Source of the DNA: Selaginella moellendorffii
Lineage: Eukaryota; Plantae; Lycopodiophyta
Direction of reading: 5' to 3'
DNA length: 64,000 nucleotides
Assembly (NCBI RefSeq): GCF_000143415.4
Contig: NW_003314287.1
Location: 1,909,896-1,973,895, forward strand
Within the stretch, counting starts at the first letter, position 1. The number at the start of each line of letters is the position of its first letter. The notes under the pieces were generated by a model that was not told the origin of the DNA, ran no database searches, and saw only the letters and a list, made by a program, of their open reading frames with translations. Both the position numbers and the translations under genes were made by a program. Shown here piece after piece: positions 39,800 through 54,400 of the stretch.

Positions 39800-41636
39800 T
39801 TGCTCAAACACGAGAAATGCTTCTGTAAGCAACCAAAGGGAACGACTCGAGAGACGATCCATGGGGTTCAAATATAGAGGGAAAGGGCCCATGAATAAGA
39901 GTGCACCCCCTTTTCCAATCGGTTAAGGGTCTTGGGATATTTGGGGTTAAGCGTCCTTGGGTTTGAATAGTACTGGGCTGGGTGACCTCCCGGGAAGTCC
40001 AAACTCAGGAGCTTACATTTGGTATCAGAGCGGTCTCGGGTCCGACTCTGTTGGTTGGCTAAGGGAATCACACCACGTGTTGATTGACATCTGGCTGGTC
40101 CAGTTTGCTCCCGCTGGGCTCGACCCGAGGGGTAGGGTGTCAAGAGAGCGAGGCTCTCGAGAGAGCTACGGCTCTCAGCTTCCGTTCACGAGGGCGTGAA
40201 CTTGCAGGGAAGCGTGGTGGATTGTAAGCAACCAAAGGGAACAACTCGAAAGACGATCTATGGGGTTCAAATATAGAGGGAAAGGGCCCATGAATAAGAG
40301 TGCACCCCCTTTTCCAATCGGTTAAGGGTCTTGGGATATTTGGGGTTAAGCGTCCTTGGGTTTGAATAGTACTGGGCTGGATGACCTCCCGGGAAGTCCA
40401 AACTCAGGAGCTTACAGCTTCATTGCTTTTTGCAAAACTGCCCCCCCCCCCCCCCTTGGCCTTGTGAGGCAAGGGTTTTATACAAGGAAGATCGGAATAT
40501 TCCAAGGACCGGAATATTCCCTCTCTCTCTCTCACTCTCCCAGTGGCCATGCCCTAACATGACCCCTATGCTTGTTCCAACACCAACTCCTATCCTTGTG
40601 CCTGCTCTTACCGTCCCTGTTCCTACGCTAACTCTTGTTCCTGCTCCTCTTGTTCTTGTTCCTACGGTTACCTGTTCCTTGAAGATTGCTTCGTTCTTAA
40701 GGAACTCTTAACAAAGTTTAGCCCAAAAGAGAAAAATGAGTCCTTTGGTCTCGATCCTTCCCCATTTTGATTGTTGGTGGGCTTGTTGGAAAGAGCTCAA
40801 CCCCGTCTACCTTCTATCGCAAAAATTTGGGAAGAAGCCGCTTCAGTATTCCCCAAAATCCACGAAGAGGTAGCCTAGAACGCCAACATTGTGGAAAAAC
40901 ATGTGCATGTCACTGATATAGATCAATACTAAGGCGCCGTTGGTATTTTCGGAAAGCCTAGGACCAGGAGCACCTCTAGAAACAAATGGCATCCAAAATA
41001 AAGTCTGGAGGAGCATGAATTCCTGCTATAAAGATGACCCAATCTAGCCGGAGAAGAAAATCCTTTTGCATGCCGCTAATTTGGCCAAATCTAGCGCCAA
41101 GAATCACCCCTACTCGTAGATCTAGGCCAGATCTATAAGCCCAAATGCACTACTCTGAGAAATTGGGTCTAGGCAAGAGGATCTAGGCAAAAAAGTGAAA
41201 ACCCCAAACTGTTCCTCAAACCGAGCTAAGAAATGTTGTATCTCTTCAAATATTGCACAGCTTGATGAGTGCCATACCTTGCTAGAAAGAGGAGCTCCAG
41301 ACCTATCTAACACGCCCAGGATCAAACAAAACCACCGCAAGACAAACAAGGAATTCCTTCATAAACTCTGTGGCCAAAAGAAAAAAAGAGAAATGACGCC
41401 TAGAAAGGGTTGTGCGTCACGCCGGGTTCACCATTTGTTAAGGGAAGGAGGGGCACTTCCCCCAACGCTTGCTCAAACACGAAAAATGCTTCAATGCTCT
41501 TCACAAAAATGCCCCCCCCCCCCCCCCTTGCCTTTGTGGGGCAAGGGTTTTATACAAAGAAGATGGGGAATATTCTAAGGACCAAAATATTCCCTCTCTC
41601 TCTCTCTCTCACTCTCTCGGTGGCCACGCCCTAACA
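39800..41636 (-). mobile_element. Non-autonomous LTR element (TRIM-like) with tRNA-Trp PBS; its 3' LTR is interrupted by Cassandra
   Basis: 5' LTR 41436-41636 (TGTTAGGG...CCCTTAACA); PBS TGGTGAACCCGGCGTG (41418-41433); second LTR 39800-39823 plus 40417-40559; ~875-bp non-coding interior. Confidence 0.75.
39824..40416 (+). mobile_element. Cassandra TRIM with 5S rRNA-derived sequence in both LTRs
   Basis: 194-bp LTRs (39824-40017, 40223-40416; 4 transitions apart); PBS TGGTATCAGAGC; TSD GCTTC; LTR segment GTTAAGCG..TAGTACTGGGCTGGGTGACCTCCCGGGAAGTCC resembles the 5S internal promoter. Confidence 0.92.
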
Positions 41637-41814
41637 GCTTACATAATATGGTACAAAAAAGGTAACCAAATCCATACCTAAGGAACAATTGTGAAGCCTT
41701 TGCACCCAAACATGTATCTACTTTGATCATCATTTTCATTTTTGCATATACAACAAGATTAATTGCCCAATATTATTGGATAGTACTCATTAAAACTCAT
41801 CTTCTAATACCAAA

Positions 41815-43177
41815 TATAACACAGATAGTTTTTACCCTTTATCCTATAGTGAATTACCATAGGATAACCATAAAGTGGAATCTAAACCCTCCATATGCCA
41901 CATGTCACATGCCACGTGCCACATGCCACATGTCCAAAGGACAATGGTGTGGAACCTGAGTTTCAGGGCCTTTGGGCCACTGAACGAAGGAATGGAGCCA
42001 AACTTTTAGCATGGAGTCAAGGAGTGATGGCACTAGAGCACAAAACAACTCTCGAGTGTACAACCTAAGGAGCAAGGGGACAGGAGCACAGAATGATTTA
42101 GAATAGTCCTAAAGCATCTAGCATCTCAATGCCAGGATGCAAAACAGAGCCAAACAGAGCCAAATAGAGTTTGGCGTTATTTCAGCATACCAGTGGCCTA
42201 ACACGAGGATATGGGTACTCCACCAATTAGCTGTAAGCAACCAAAGGGAACGACTCAAGAGATGATCCATGGGGTTCAAATATAGAAAGAAAGGGCCTAT
42301 GAACAAGAGTGCACCCCTTTTTCTAATTGGTTAAGGGTCTTGTGATATTTAGGGTTAATTGTCCTTGGGTTTGAATAGTATTAGGCTGGGTGACCTCCTG
42401 AGAAGTCCAAACTCAAGAGCTTACACTAGCATGGTATGGAACTTAGGCTTAAACCCAAGCCGGACAGAGGACAAAAACAAGCACACAAGCAAGAGATAAA
42501 TTATGCCTCAAATTGGTCACCCATACCTGATCTACCCACTATTATTACTATACATTTGAAACCCCTTATAACTATTTGCCCCCTCCCCCCCCCCTCCCCT
42601 CTTAAAAAACACACACTTTGGGCTTTCACCTTTAGCCACCCTTAGTATTAGGAGTTAGTCTCTGGGACAAGCTTGAAACTTATTAAATATGGAATGTCCC
42701 TAGATTGCAAATTTGGATATAGGATAAACACCATTGTGTTCAAGATAATCTCTACATTTCGTAAATATGCCAAATGAGCAAATCTAGACACTTTTCATAA
42801 ATAGCATTTGGGACCGAAATGAGATGAACACAAAAGGCATGATAGCAAGGGTGTTTAATAGACATGGTAAGCTATCATCTAGTGATATTAAAGGACTAGT
42901 CTTAATATGTGAGGGTTCTTATCAAGCTAGTGCAAGATAAAGCAAAAGAGAACTAATAGCCAAATCGAGTATGCTCAACAAGAAACATATAGAAGTTCCT
43001 GTGTTATGTCCATCTGGCTAAATACAGGTGCTAAGCCCAATTTACTAACATTTGAACAAAAGAGACTGATAAAGGGTCTAACAATACTGACCTCTTGCCA
43101 TCATGGCAGTAAGGAAAGAGTGTTTGTAAAAATTGGCTAACAGGTAACTTTCGATACTTGAAGTCACATTTGCGACA
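41815..43177 (-). mobile_element. ~1.1-kb 5' LTR with degraded Met PBS (41802-41812), containing a Cassandra solo LTR
   Basis: Collinear with 62457-63564; ends ...CACATTTGCGACA. Confidence 0.7.
42232..42425 (+). mobile_element. Cassandra solo LTR
   Basis: 194 bp, matches 39824-40017; TSD TTAGC/CTAGC; the empty site CACCTAGCATGG is seen at ~62862. Confidence 0.88.
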
Positions 43178-43182
43178 TTAGT

Positions 43183-45633
43183 TCACCAAGTTAAACCTTG
43201 CTTTTGGGTATTGGCAAATGTCACTAGCTGATAACAATGTTCCCAAAACTATTTTTAATATACTATGTGATTTGTACAAACTCTTAGTGATGCCATTTGG
43301 TTTGAATAATACTTCAATAACTTTTCAATAGATGATGGATAAAGTTCTTTATAATATGTTAGAGGTGATAGCTGACTTTATTGATGATGTTTTGATCCAC
43401 TTAAAAGGGACATTAGAAGAACACATCCATGATATTCATAAAGTGTTAGATTAATTGCAAAAATTTAGTTTAACTAAAGCGGTTAAAGTGTGTGTTTGGA
43501 TCCAAGAATATGACTTATCTTGGGTATCATATTTCTTGTGAGGGTTTGCAAATTGATCATAACAAACTTGTGATTGTTCTAAACTTTCATATTCGAAGTG
43601 TGTGAATGATGTGTAACACTTCCTGGGCAAAATGAAGTATTTAAGTCATTTTATTGATCATCTTTTTTATTATATTATACTTTTGCGAGTGTTGTTGAAG
43701 TTGTCAATATTATCTTTCATGTAGTTGAAGGACTATGAACAAGCATTCATAAATCTTAAAGAGATGTTAATAACTCCTCTAATTTTAACATATCTTAACT
43801 ACACTTGCCCGTTTATTTTATGTGTCAATGCTTTTGATATCGGTCTCATGGATGTCTTGATGTAAGAGAGTATGAATGTGATTGGTCAGTGTCATCCCAT
43901 TATGTACATCAGCCATATATTACAATTAGTAGAGGTGAATTACTCCACAACAGAAGAGTGTTTAGTAGTAGTTTAGGATTTTGAAAAGTTTTATGCATAT
44001 TTGCATAGTTATGAAACATTACTAGAAAATAGTCATGCTACAATTACTTCATTATTGAAATAAAAAAACTTAGTTGGTTGTATTGCTTAGTGGGCTTTGA
44101 AGCTTTAGATATATAATTTCAAGGTTGTTCATTGCTTGAAGAGTTCTATAGTTGATAATAATGCCCTTTCTTGAGTTCTTCTCCCTTTTTTACTCTCTTC
44201 TTATGTTTCTATATGGATTTTCTAGATGAAGATTTCATGCCATTAGAGGTTGTTATATTTTATATTCAATATCCACAAGGTGCAAAGCAAGATCTATCTT
44301 CTTTTAATGAGATTTGTAAAGCTTAAAAAGTTAAACTATAGATCTAAAAACTTTGTAATGGGTTTGAGAATTTTACATTGTTTATTGATAACTTGCCATT
44401 TTGGCATTTGAAAACAGCCTTCTTTATTTTGTGAGAAGAGGTCATAATGATCATTTATACCTGGTGGTGCTTTTAATCTTTATTCCATACTTTCTCTATG
44501 CCTATCATGATTCTCCTATTTTAGGTGGGCATATGGGATATTATTGTGTGATTGAGAAGCTATACAGGTTTTTTTATTAGCCGGAGATGTGACATAATGT
44601 TATCTGATATGTGTATAACTATTTTTAATGCCAAACTCATAATACTTCCCCTCATGCTATAAAAGGACAATTGAAGTCAATTGCAATTTCCTATCCATTT
44701 AAGTTGGTGGCATTTATGTGATGGAGCCTTTAACATGGTCAACTACTTATAATGAATATGTCATTATTACTTTTGATTACTTAATTCATTGGATGGAAGT
44801 TGATGCTCTTGTTAATGCATTTGCAATTACTATTGAATATTTTTTCCTCAATCAAGTGGTGTTTTAATATTCTTATCCAAAGCAGATTCTCTTGAATAAT
44901 GATCTTGCATTAATGGTTAAGACATTTCATGTTTTAACATCTCAGTTGGGGATACACCACACTTTCACAAGTGTTTATCATCCACAAATGAATGGTTTGC
45001 TAGAAAAAATTATTTAAAACTTCAAAAGAATGATTGTGACGTACATGAAATTCTTGCATTTGAATTGGGATTATTTACCCTTTTTTTGGTATGCATATAT
45101 CAAAAGGGTATAGAGTTCCATTAGTGCTTCACTATATAAATTTTTATATGGTTATGCTCCGATATTACTAATAGAGTTGAATTTACCTTTGCAATTGCCA
45201 TGAGCTACTGATGATAAGTCTAAGAATCAGTATTTAATAAGTATTTTTCCACTAGTTCAAGCGGAGTCTGTTGAACATTTGAGTTGTATACAAGTGGGAC
45301 AACAACAACAATACAACTCTCATCATCATCCACTTGCAAAGTATAAACTAGATAATCTAGTATTAGTTCGTTTTCCCAATTAGGGCTATTTGCTTAATTT
45401 GTATTAGGTGTTGCAATAAGTTGGACCAGAAGATGATAAAATTCGGTATAACATTCAATTAGCTGATCCTCCAAAAATTGTACATCTGTAACAATTAAAG
45501 TATTTTGTACAAAAGAATCAAAAATAATTAGCACCACCTATAGATTTACTAATGCCTCCTTTTGATATTCTTCGTCAACTAAAGAACCTTAATTACTTTC
45601 CATTCTTCTAAGAGGAGAGGATGATGTGAGGTC
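43183..45633 (+). mobile_element. Ty3/gypsy (Ala-PBS family) RT-RH-INT remnant, PPT and first bases of the 3' LTR
   Basis: Collinear with 12121-14530; GAGGAGAGGATGA-TGTGAGGTC at the end. Confidence 0.8.
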
Positions 45634-46084
45634 ATGATACCTAGTCATCGGGGATGAGAATATTCATCTTGTACATTCAATGGGCATGATAGCACTAGAT
45701 CCAGCAAGAGCTCCAACACTAGAATCTTAAGTATTTCCTTTAGAGAGCTAGGTTTTTTGATATTTTGCTGGACTGGATTGGTGATTGTCGGTCCTTGGAA
45801 TGCAAGTAGAGGCTACTCAGTGTTGCCTTTTCGGTTGATCCATCTCAGGTTTGTTGGACTTCTTTTTTGTATAAAAGCTCCTGGTTTCATTGTCTTTGTC
45901 CCAGAAAGTAGATTGATTGAATCATATGTGGGGTACATAACTTTTTGTTTTAAGAGCCTTTCTAGCTTGTCTTCTCGTTTTCTATATGTAAGGTGTTTTC
46001 AAGTACTTCGAATAAATCTTAAACCAGACTAGGGCCTCAATATCCTAATTGTTCCCATGGGTAAAGATTTCTCCCATTCTTCGT

Positions 46085-46875
46085 TCAAGTATCTAGCCAA
46101 ATTCCATCTATTACAGGATCTGGATTGTCGAGCTTCGCAGCATTAGTTTGCTCCTCTGCACTTTCTACCGTGGCAGCACTTTACCAAGGTCTTTAGGTTA
46201 CCACAATTGTTTACTTGCGCTCGGATTCAGCTCGTCTGCTGGTCCAGTCTACTTTAAATTTGGCCTAGTTGCTTTGAGAATTCTTATAGGTTTTAAGACT
46301 GCAACTGATCTGGAACGGTAAGTTTGTTTATCATAAAGTGAACAGTGTCGATTATAGGTGAAGATAGGCGATCAGAATATCAAAGATGTTAGCCTCGGTT
46401 TTTATTGGAGTAGTACCGCAAAAAAAGATGAACTGCTAACCACTTATGGTTACCTCAGATTGTTTTCAACACGAAACAAGCTGCCATTCATGAGTCAATT
46501 CTCAAGTTTCGAAAGCAATACGAAACCATGGTTTGGCGAGAGGGGACTAAAGGTATTCAAAGCTCTTTACTTCCGTTGCAGCTGAGTGGAGGAGAGATAG
46601 CGCTGGCAAGCGCATTTCTCAAATCCGTGCGAATCTTGTAAGTCAGTTGTGTTCCCTTGAACGTTTCACGACGCGTTTTCTTATCAGGTTGTGTGGTGAA
46701 GCAACGAGTTCTCTAGATTCCACCACCGAGGCAGAAATTCTATCGTCTCTCGCGGCCGCCATATTCATTGCTCACCGTCTCACAACAGCACTGAACTGCG
46801 ACGAGGTATACGTTTCTGTTAGCTTTGCAAGAGCTGGGCGGTATGCTCAGCTCTGGGCACAACAGAAGAGCTTGG
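46085..46875 (+). pseudogene. ATM3-like pseudogene, 3' half (unit B)
   Basis: [41 protein letters not shown]. Confidence 0.85.
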
Positions 46876-46909
46876 ATTATGGTCCATCGCTGAGCTCTTC
46901 GCCAGATTA

Positions 46910-47224
46910 TATGACCCTTACTACAACCAATCGCTCAGGAGCCAGTGTCCCAGCAGTGGTGGTGACTCAACCTTTCTCCTCTTGATTTGCAAACTCCAGT
47001 GGTGTTTGACAACAAGTACTACAAGAACTTGATAAATTTCAGTGGATTGTTCCACTCTGACCAGACAGTGGAGTGGTGGTGATTGGACAGTTGCGCAGCT
47101 GGTGCACACTTATGCCATGGATCAAGTGCGATTTTTCCGGGACTTTGCGACTGGAATGATCAATATGGGGAACCTCAAGCCGCTCTTGGCTCCAAATTGA
47201 AAATACTGTGGCAAAGTGAACTAG
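46910..47224 (+). pseudogene. Class III peroxidase last-exon fragment (unit B)
   Basis: Paralog of 16010-16327 with a different lesion (2-bp deletion after SDQT). Confidence 0.85.
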
Positions 47225-47290
47225 ATTTTTTCAATATATAAAAATTATCTCTTGGTTCCAAGGTGTTTATCAAGTATACTTCTTCTCAAG

Positions 47291-48392
<1,102 letters not shown>

Positions 48393-49469
48393 TTAGCTTC
48401 ACTCGAAATGCCTGGCCTTTGAAACGTTTGGAAGGTTGCATTTATAGATAGAGCCTCGCCGTATTGAGCACGGGTGCCACGGTGGTGAATGATATTAAAC
48501 ACAACTCGAGCCGGTGTATTTTGACAAGCTTTTTGTTTTGTGATGGAATAAGTCGTATCCATTTCATGTGGTGAAAGTCGGCAATGGCACACAAGTTCAA
48601 ACATTTCACCCTCAAAAGAACCATATCTCACAACTTCCAAATCTCACAAGAGATCAAGCTTGTCATGACGCAAAAAAAAGTCAAGTACCGCTCAAATGCA
48701 TCCTGTGACTTTGGACAAGTTTTTCTAATCACTCCCTTTCTGCCACCAAAGCATCCTGCCTGTTACAATTTTTTTTGCTGGCTAATGCCTCCACAGCCCA
48801 AAAACCTTGCGAATAAGACATTATAACTTTCGAGGAGAAAGCCTCCTCCTGGATCTTCACCTAAAGAGGAAGTATTTTGAGACTAATTAATAGAAAAATA
48901 TTATACTTCATCTAGATATTTTCTTATAGTTTATTTCTACATTATTTAAAATATCATAAAAATCTTATAAAAACAGAGAAAATTAATTTTTCATATTAAA
49001 GCTAGTTAGTCCAACACAAAATAATAATGTTTTAGAACTTAAAACATACTTAAATAAAATTTAACATGTATTTAATAACAATTTATCTTTTTTAATACTA
49101 AGTGGTGTAAATTATTATTATATTATATAAATATAATATAAATTTTAAAATATATAAATTAAATTATTATTTCCATAAATATATAATAAATTTTTTATCA
49201 TTTTTCTGTCTAAAATTACATTTCATAATATTATTATTAAAAATACTAATAAAAATTAGTCAAAATAATAGTCAAAGATAAAAAACTATAATTTGAAATC
49301 ATATACTATCAATTTTAGATTACTTTGTTATAAGGATAACATCTAGATACAATGTCAACCCAGCTTAACAAGAGCTTCACACTCCCCTTCGATTTTGTCA
49401 ATTTAAAAATTAAAAGTATATAAGTAATTTTGATTATGCCAATTTTATAATCTTGGATGACTTCTTATC

Positions 49470-50400
49470 TGTGTCACATATGGTTTTCACCCTTGACCCT
49501 ATGGTGATTTATTATAGAATAACCACAAAACAAAATATAAACTTTAAATGCATGGGCCAAGGATATTGGAGTGGAACTTGAGTTTTAGGGCTCTAGCCAT
49601 TAAATGAAGGAATAGAGTTAAACTCTCAATCATACAACCAAAGAATGAAAGAATTAAAGTATGAAATGATTTTTAAACATATAGTTTAAGGAGTGAAAAG
49701 ACAGAAGTATAACGTGATATTAAAATGGTCCTTAAACATCTATCATCCCAATGTTAGAGTTGGCATGCAAAACAAGAGTTTAGTGTTATTTTAGCATATT
49801 GGTGGTTTAATGTGAGGATATAATATTCCACCAACTAAGATGGTATGGATCTTGGGCTTAAACTCAAGTTAAATGCAAAACAAAGATAAATATACAAGTG
49901 GAGAGTTAAATTATACCTCAAATTAATCAGCCATACCCAACATACTCATTATCCCTACTATATATTCCCCTCCTCCCACATCTATATGAAAGTACACTTT
50001 GAACTTTCACCCCAATCCCATGAACAAAAACTTACTAAATATGAAATGATGTTAAATTACAAATTTGAATATGGGAATAACACTATTGTATTCAAGACAA
50101 TTTCCACATTTTACAAATATACCTTACTTGCTAATTTAGACACTTTCAAACAAAACTAACATATGGGAAATGATAAGGTGTCTTGTTAGATATAATAAGT
50201 TATTACATAAAGAATATTGAAAGACAAATCTCAATATCATAAGGGTTCCCAACACTAACAAGTGCAAGCTAGCCTGAGTATGCTCAACAAGTAACATATA
50301 AGAGTTTCTACTTTATATTTATTCAGCATAAGTAAATACATGATGACTAATTTCTCCACTAATTTGGGTAGAGATTGAATAAAGTCTAAAAATACCAGTT
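49470..50400 (-). mobile_element. Truncated paralog of the solo LTR at 18646-19530
   Basis: Same insertion context upstream of the peroxidase. Confidence 0.7.
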
Positions 50401-50884
50401 TTTAGATAAAAAACATCACTATATTTATGGAGTACACTAATTTAACAAAAAATAAAGAGTATACAATTGCAATTTAAAGCATTCTTTTTATACATGAGGA
50501 AAGTATATGCTCCTTGTAACCACATATATTATATCTTTATCAACACCTTGCACTAAGCTCCTAAAATATATACACCAAGAAAGCTTTATTATTTATGGGT
50601 TGTAAAAGACTTTTGGAGCTAATTAAATTTTTCAAGACTATTAATGTTTATTCATATAAACATTTATACTTTATATAAACATAAATAAATCTTGTTAAAT
50701 TTTAAGTTCTCACTTATGACATATAGTACATGTATTAATCTCTGGCAAACATTTTTTACCAAAAGCTTCTTATTTGTATAAAGTGTAAACAATTGTTAAA
50801 GTATGATATGTTTGCCATGAATCTAATTTTTTTCAATTTATAATTTTTGTAGAAAACTAAACAGAAAATTGAGCTTCCATACTC

Positions 50885-51421
50885 GGGTGGGACATCAACA
50901 TGGGGAAGCAGTGGGAACAACCTTTGGCCATCATAGAAACAGCATTCTCCATCACTGATACAAGGCTCAGTTTCAGTCTCAGGGCAGTAGTCAGCAAAAA
51001 GTGGGACATGTTATTCATGTAGAGGTCTGTGGATTCTGACTTGGAGTGTGAGATCCCATTTGGAACCAAGTCTCGTCAAAGTTTGTCTACACATTCCCAG
51101 CTCACTACTTCTCTAGGGACTTGCTGGAGGACTCAAGCTTTGCATTTGACCTTTTTGAAAATTCAGCAACATATCTTGTGTAAGCTTGACCAGCCAGACC
51201 TCGAATCTCCACTTATGGATCTGGCTCTATACCGCACCATCTGTACTTGCAAGAAACAGGAGAGTGATCGATGCAAAGTAATCAGGTGTTGCTTGTGACA
51301 TTGTAAGGTTTCGTTGTGAGTGTGTTGGAGTAAGCTCCCAGGGGTAGCTCTTGTACCCCTGGTTTTTTACAACTGCAATCAAGACATCAATGAACACCTA
51401 AGCAGTGTTGCCAAACCGAGC
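50885..51421. repeat. Diverged paralog of the region upstream of the Uma2-like gene (678-1160 / 27585-28120)
   Basis: Shared blocks GGGTGGGACATCAAC, GGGACATG.T.TTCATGT, TTCTCTAGGGACTTGCTGGAGGACTCA, TTGTGACATTGTA. Confidence 0.7.
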
Positions 51422-54400
51422 TTTACATACATCATAATGAATCAATCACTCAAGAACCAGCAGCATTCTCGGCCTTATTCATTTCCTTTCTGAATTTTGT
51501 TCGCCACTCATTACAAATATGTCCAAATCATCGAATTTGGGAATACATGTGTCACAATCTAAATGCTGTATAGGCTCCAACGGTAACAGTAGTCACGATT
51601 GCAAACGAGCTTTCAAATTCGTAAGCCAAAATGCTTGCAACCATTGAAATCTGACAATGGGTGTTGAGCTAGAACATCTTTACAATGAAGTGTACCTCCA
51701 GAAAAGTGGGCACCACATTGATAACCATAGATATTTATGGCTCTTGTGCCTCATCAATACTTCCAGTCTATCGGCATAAGTCGAAGTTAAGGTCCAGGTT
51801 GTGAATATGTAAATTTAAGCAGACATGCCTGGTGCTCCCTGACCAGCTTTATCAAAGACTATTAAGAGGCTCTACACCAAATACATTTCAATACATCAGT
51901 GTCACAGGATTCAGCAATACTATCCTTTCACTATCCAAAACCATTCCACGGTGGAAGAATTCTGGAGACAAGGACAACATGGAATCCAGATAGGTTTCCA
52001 GGTGGATTTCCTGGTCTGCATCCTACAACAAGCCACAAAACCATTGCAGCACGGCTTACCAGTCAAACCCCAGTGGAACGAGGAGTGCCATCGGCAGCAT
52101 ACAAGCAAGCCAGACAAAGGGGACACCCAGCAGCACAGTCTCTACTTCGGAAAATGGCCAGGGCACAGAGCTTGCTTCCACACTAAATGTTTTAATGCAC
52201 AGGTGAGGCGTAAACTTTCCAAAGCTTACCATATTTTCTGTAAGCACCGCCTACCAGTGATCATCGAGGACATCATTCTCTACGTTCAACATATTCGCCA
52301 CCTGTATGAGGTAGGAAGCTCAGAGTTTGAACATTTCCAGTGGGAAGGGACGCTCCAAGTCACCACAGAGCAGATGAATGCAGCGATCCAGTCTCTCCCA
52401 CGCAAGAAGGCTGCTGATGTCTATGAATTCACAGCCAAGCTATTGCAAGCTCTTGACCCCAACTGATTGGCCCCCATCCTCTACCAACTTTTCCACGAAA
52501 TCTTCCAACATGGTTTTCCACAGACTTGGAACATCAATAGAGTTGTACCAATTTATAAGGCGGGAGATCCAGCACTACCCTCCAACTATAGTACTGTAAT
52601 GATCTCAACAATCTTTGCGAAGCTTCTGGCCAAAGTGGTGAAGCAGCATCTCGTGAGCTGGACGGAAGACAAACAATGCAGAGCAAGAGGGCAGGCAGGG
52701 CTCCACCCACATTATAGTTGCATCAACCACTTGGTGATGCTGCAAGTAGCCCTAGACAAACTGAGTGCACATCCGCAGACCTCAGTTTATCCATGCTACG
52801 TCGACATAGTAAAGCCTTTGACAAGGTATCAAGAAGGAGACTATTCACATGACTTCATGAGCTAAATGTCCCACCGGAGCTCATCAAGCTCATTCAGAGG
52901 CTCTACAAAAACGTGAAAGCGGACATTCTACAGCATACTCAAATTGACTGTGACAGTCCAACAAAGTTGCCCCCTCTCTTTTTGGCCTATTCATTGATGG
53001 GCTGGAAACGCTCATGGGAGGGTGCACTGCCTCCTTGATCGTGCTTGCTGGGATGATTCTGCAGCTGCTCATATATGCAGAAGACCTCTTTCTATTGGCC
53101 CCCTTGTGGCTGGAACTTCAACACCAACTAGACGTCTTGGCACAATTCTGTGACTCTATGGGCCTTACTGTCAACATGAGTAAGATGAAGACGATCCCAG
53201 ACACAGCAAGCAAATTCCACTACAAATGGAAATGGAATGAGCACACGGAAAAATATAAGTACCTAGGATACACCCTCCCATGGAAAACTGGAGTAGAGGA
53301 GCGGGCTAGTGCACTCCTCCAATCAGATTGCCATAAAGCCAACGTATATAGGTGGGGTGTCAAACACACTGATTACATGACAAAAGTAACAGCAATGGCC
53401 TTGTATGGAGCAGAAAGGTCCAGGACTAAACAAGACTGTGTGGGACAACCTTGAGCCAATCAATAAGTGTTTCATCTCAGCAGAATTTAAGGTATACAAG
53501 GCCATGGTTCTGGAGACAGGCTTACTCCTAATGGAGATTCTTGCTTGGAGATGTTGATGTATGTGCAAAGTGCATACTTTCTCTACAGGCAGAAACTTGG
53601 AAATGTGACAATCACTAAATCACAACACATGGCCCAAGCTCTTGGAAAAGGTTGGTGGCACACTCTTGAGGTATGGACAGCTACCCTCAGTCATGACCTC
53701 TCCACTTTGATGACAGAATTGTTTGAACAATTGGAGTTTCGGACCTGGCAATTTCCTCAATGTTGGTATGACGTTTGGATGAAGGATAGTGTCTTTTTTG
53801 GAATTTATGTGAACACCATCAACCCAAAGCACTAATTCGGTTTCACAATTTACAATTACCTCACCCCTTGCAATCGGAGAATCCTGGTCAGCTACAGAAC
53901 AAGGTGTCACAGATTGATAATAGAACTTGGACGTCATTTGAGACTGATGTTGCCACGTGATATCCACCTCTGCCCCATATGTTATGAAGAAGTTAAAGAC
54001 ATGGAGCATGTGGTCAACATGTGCTCAACCTATGCTCCACTATGCTAACCACAGGTCAGATCTACATGTAATTCTTATAGGCAAACATTGAATTTCTATG
54101 AGAAATGGAGATCAAGTGCCAATCCTTAATCATTGACACCTGCTTGTGATCATACTGCAGTTGAGTTGGAAGTGAAACAAGGGTGACAACACTTCTCACT
54201 GCAAATGCTGACAGCTATGTGAAGATTGTGCTGAGGTTTCAACCCAAGAGGCATCAGGAGGGGCAACAGGCAGATCGGTGAAACGAATGGCTCATGAGAT
54301 CATCAAAATAGCTTACTATAATCCGTCAGTCTTGGTGGGCACTGCAAGACCCTATAAACAGTTAATGAATGAATGAATGAATACTTACCATTACATGTGG

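Noticed and set aside
39946-40000. 5S rRNA gene
   Set aside because: Only a ~55-bp internal segment inside Cassandra LTRs.
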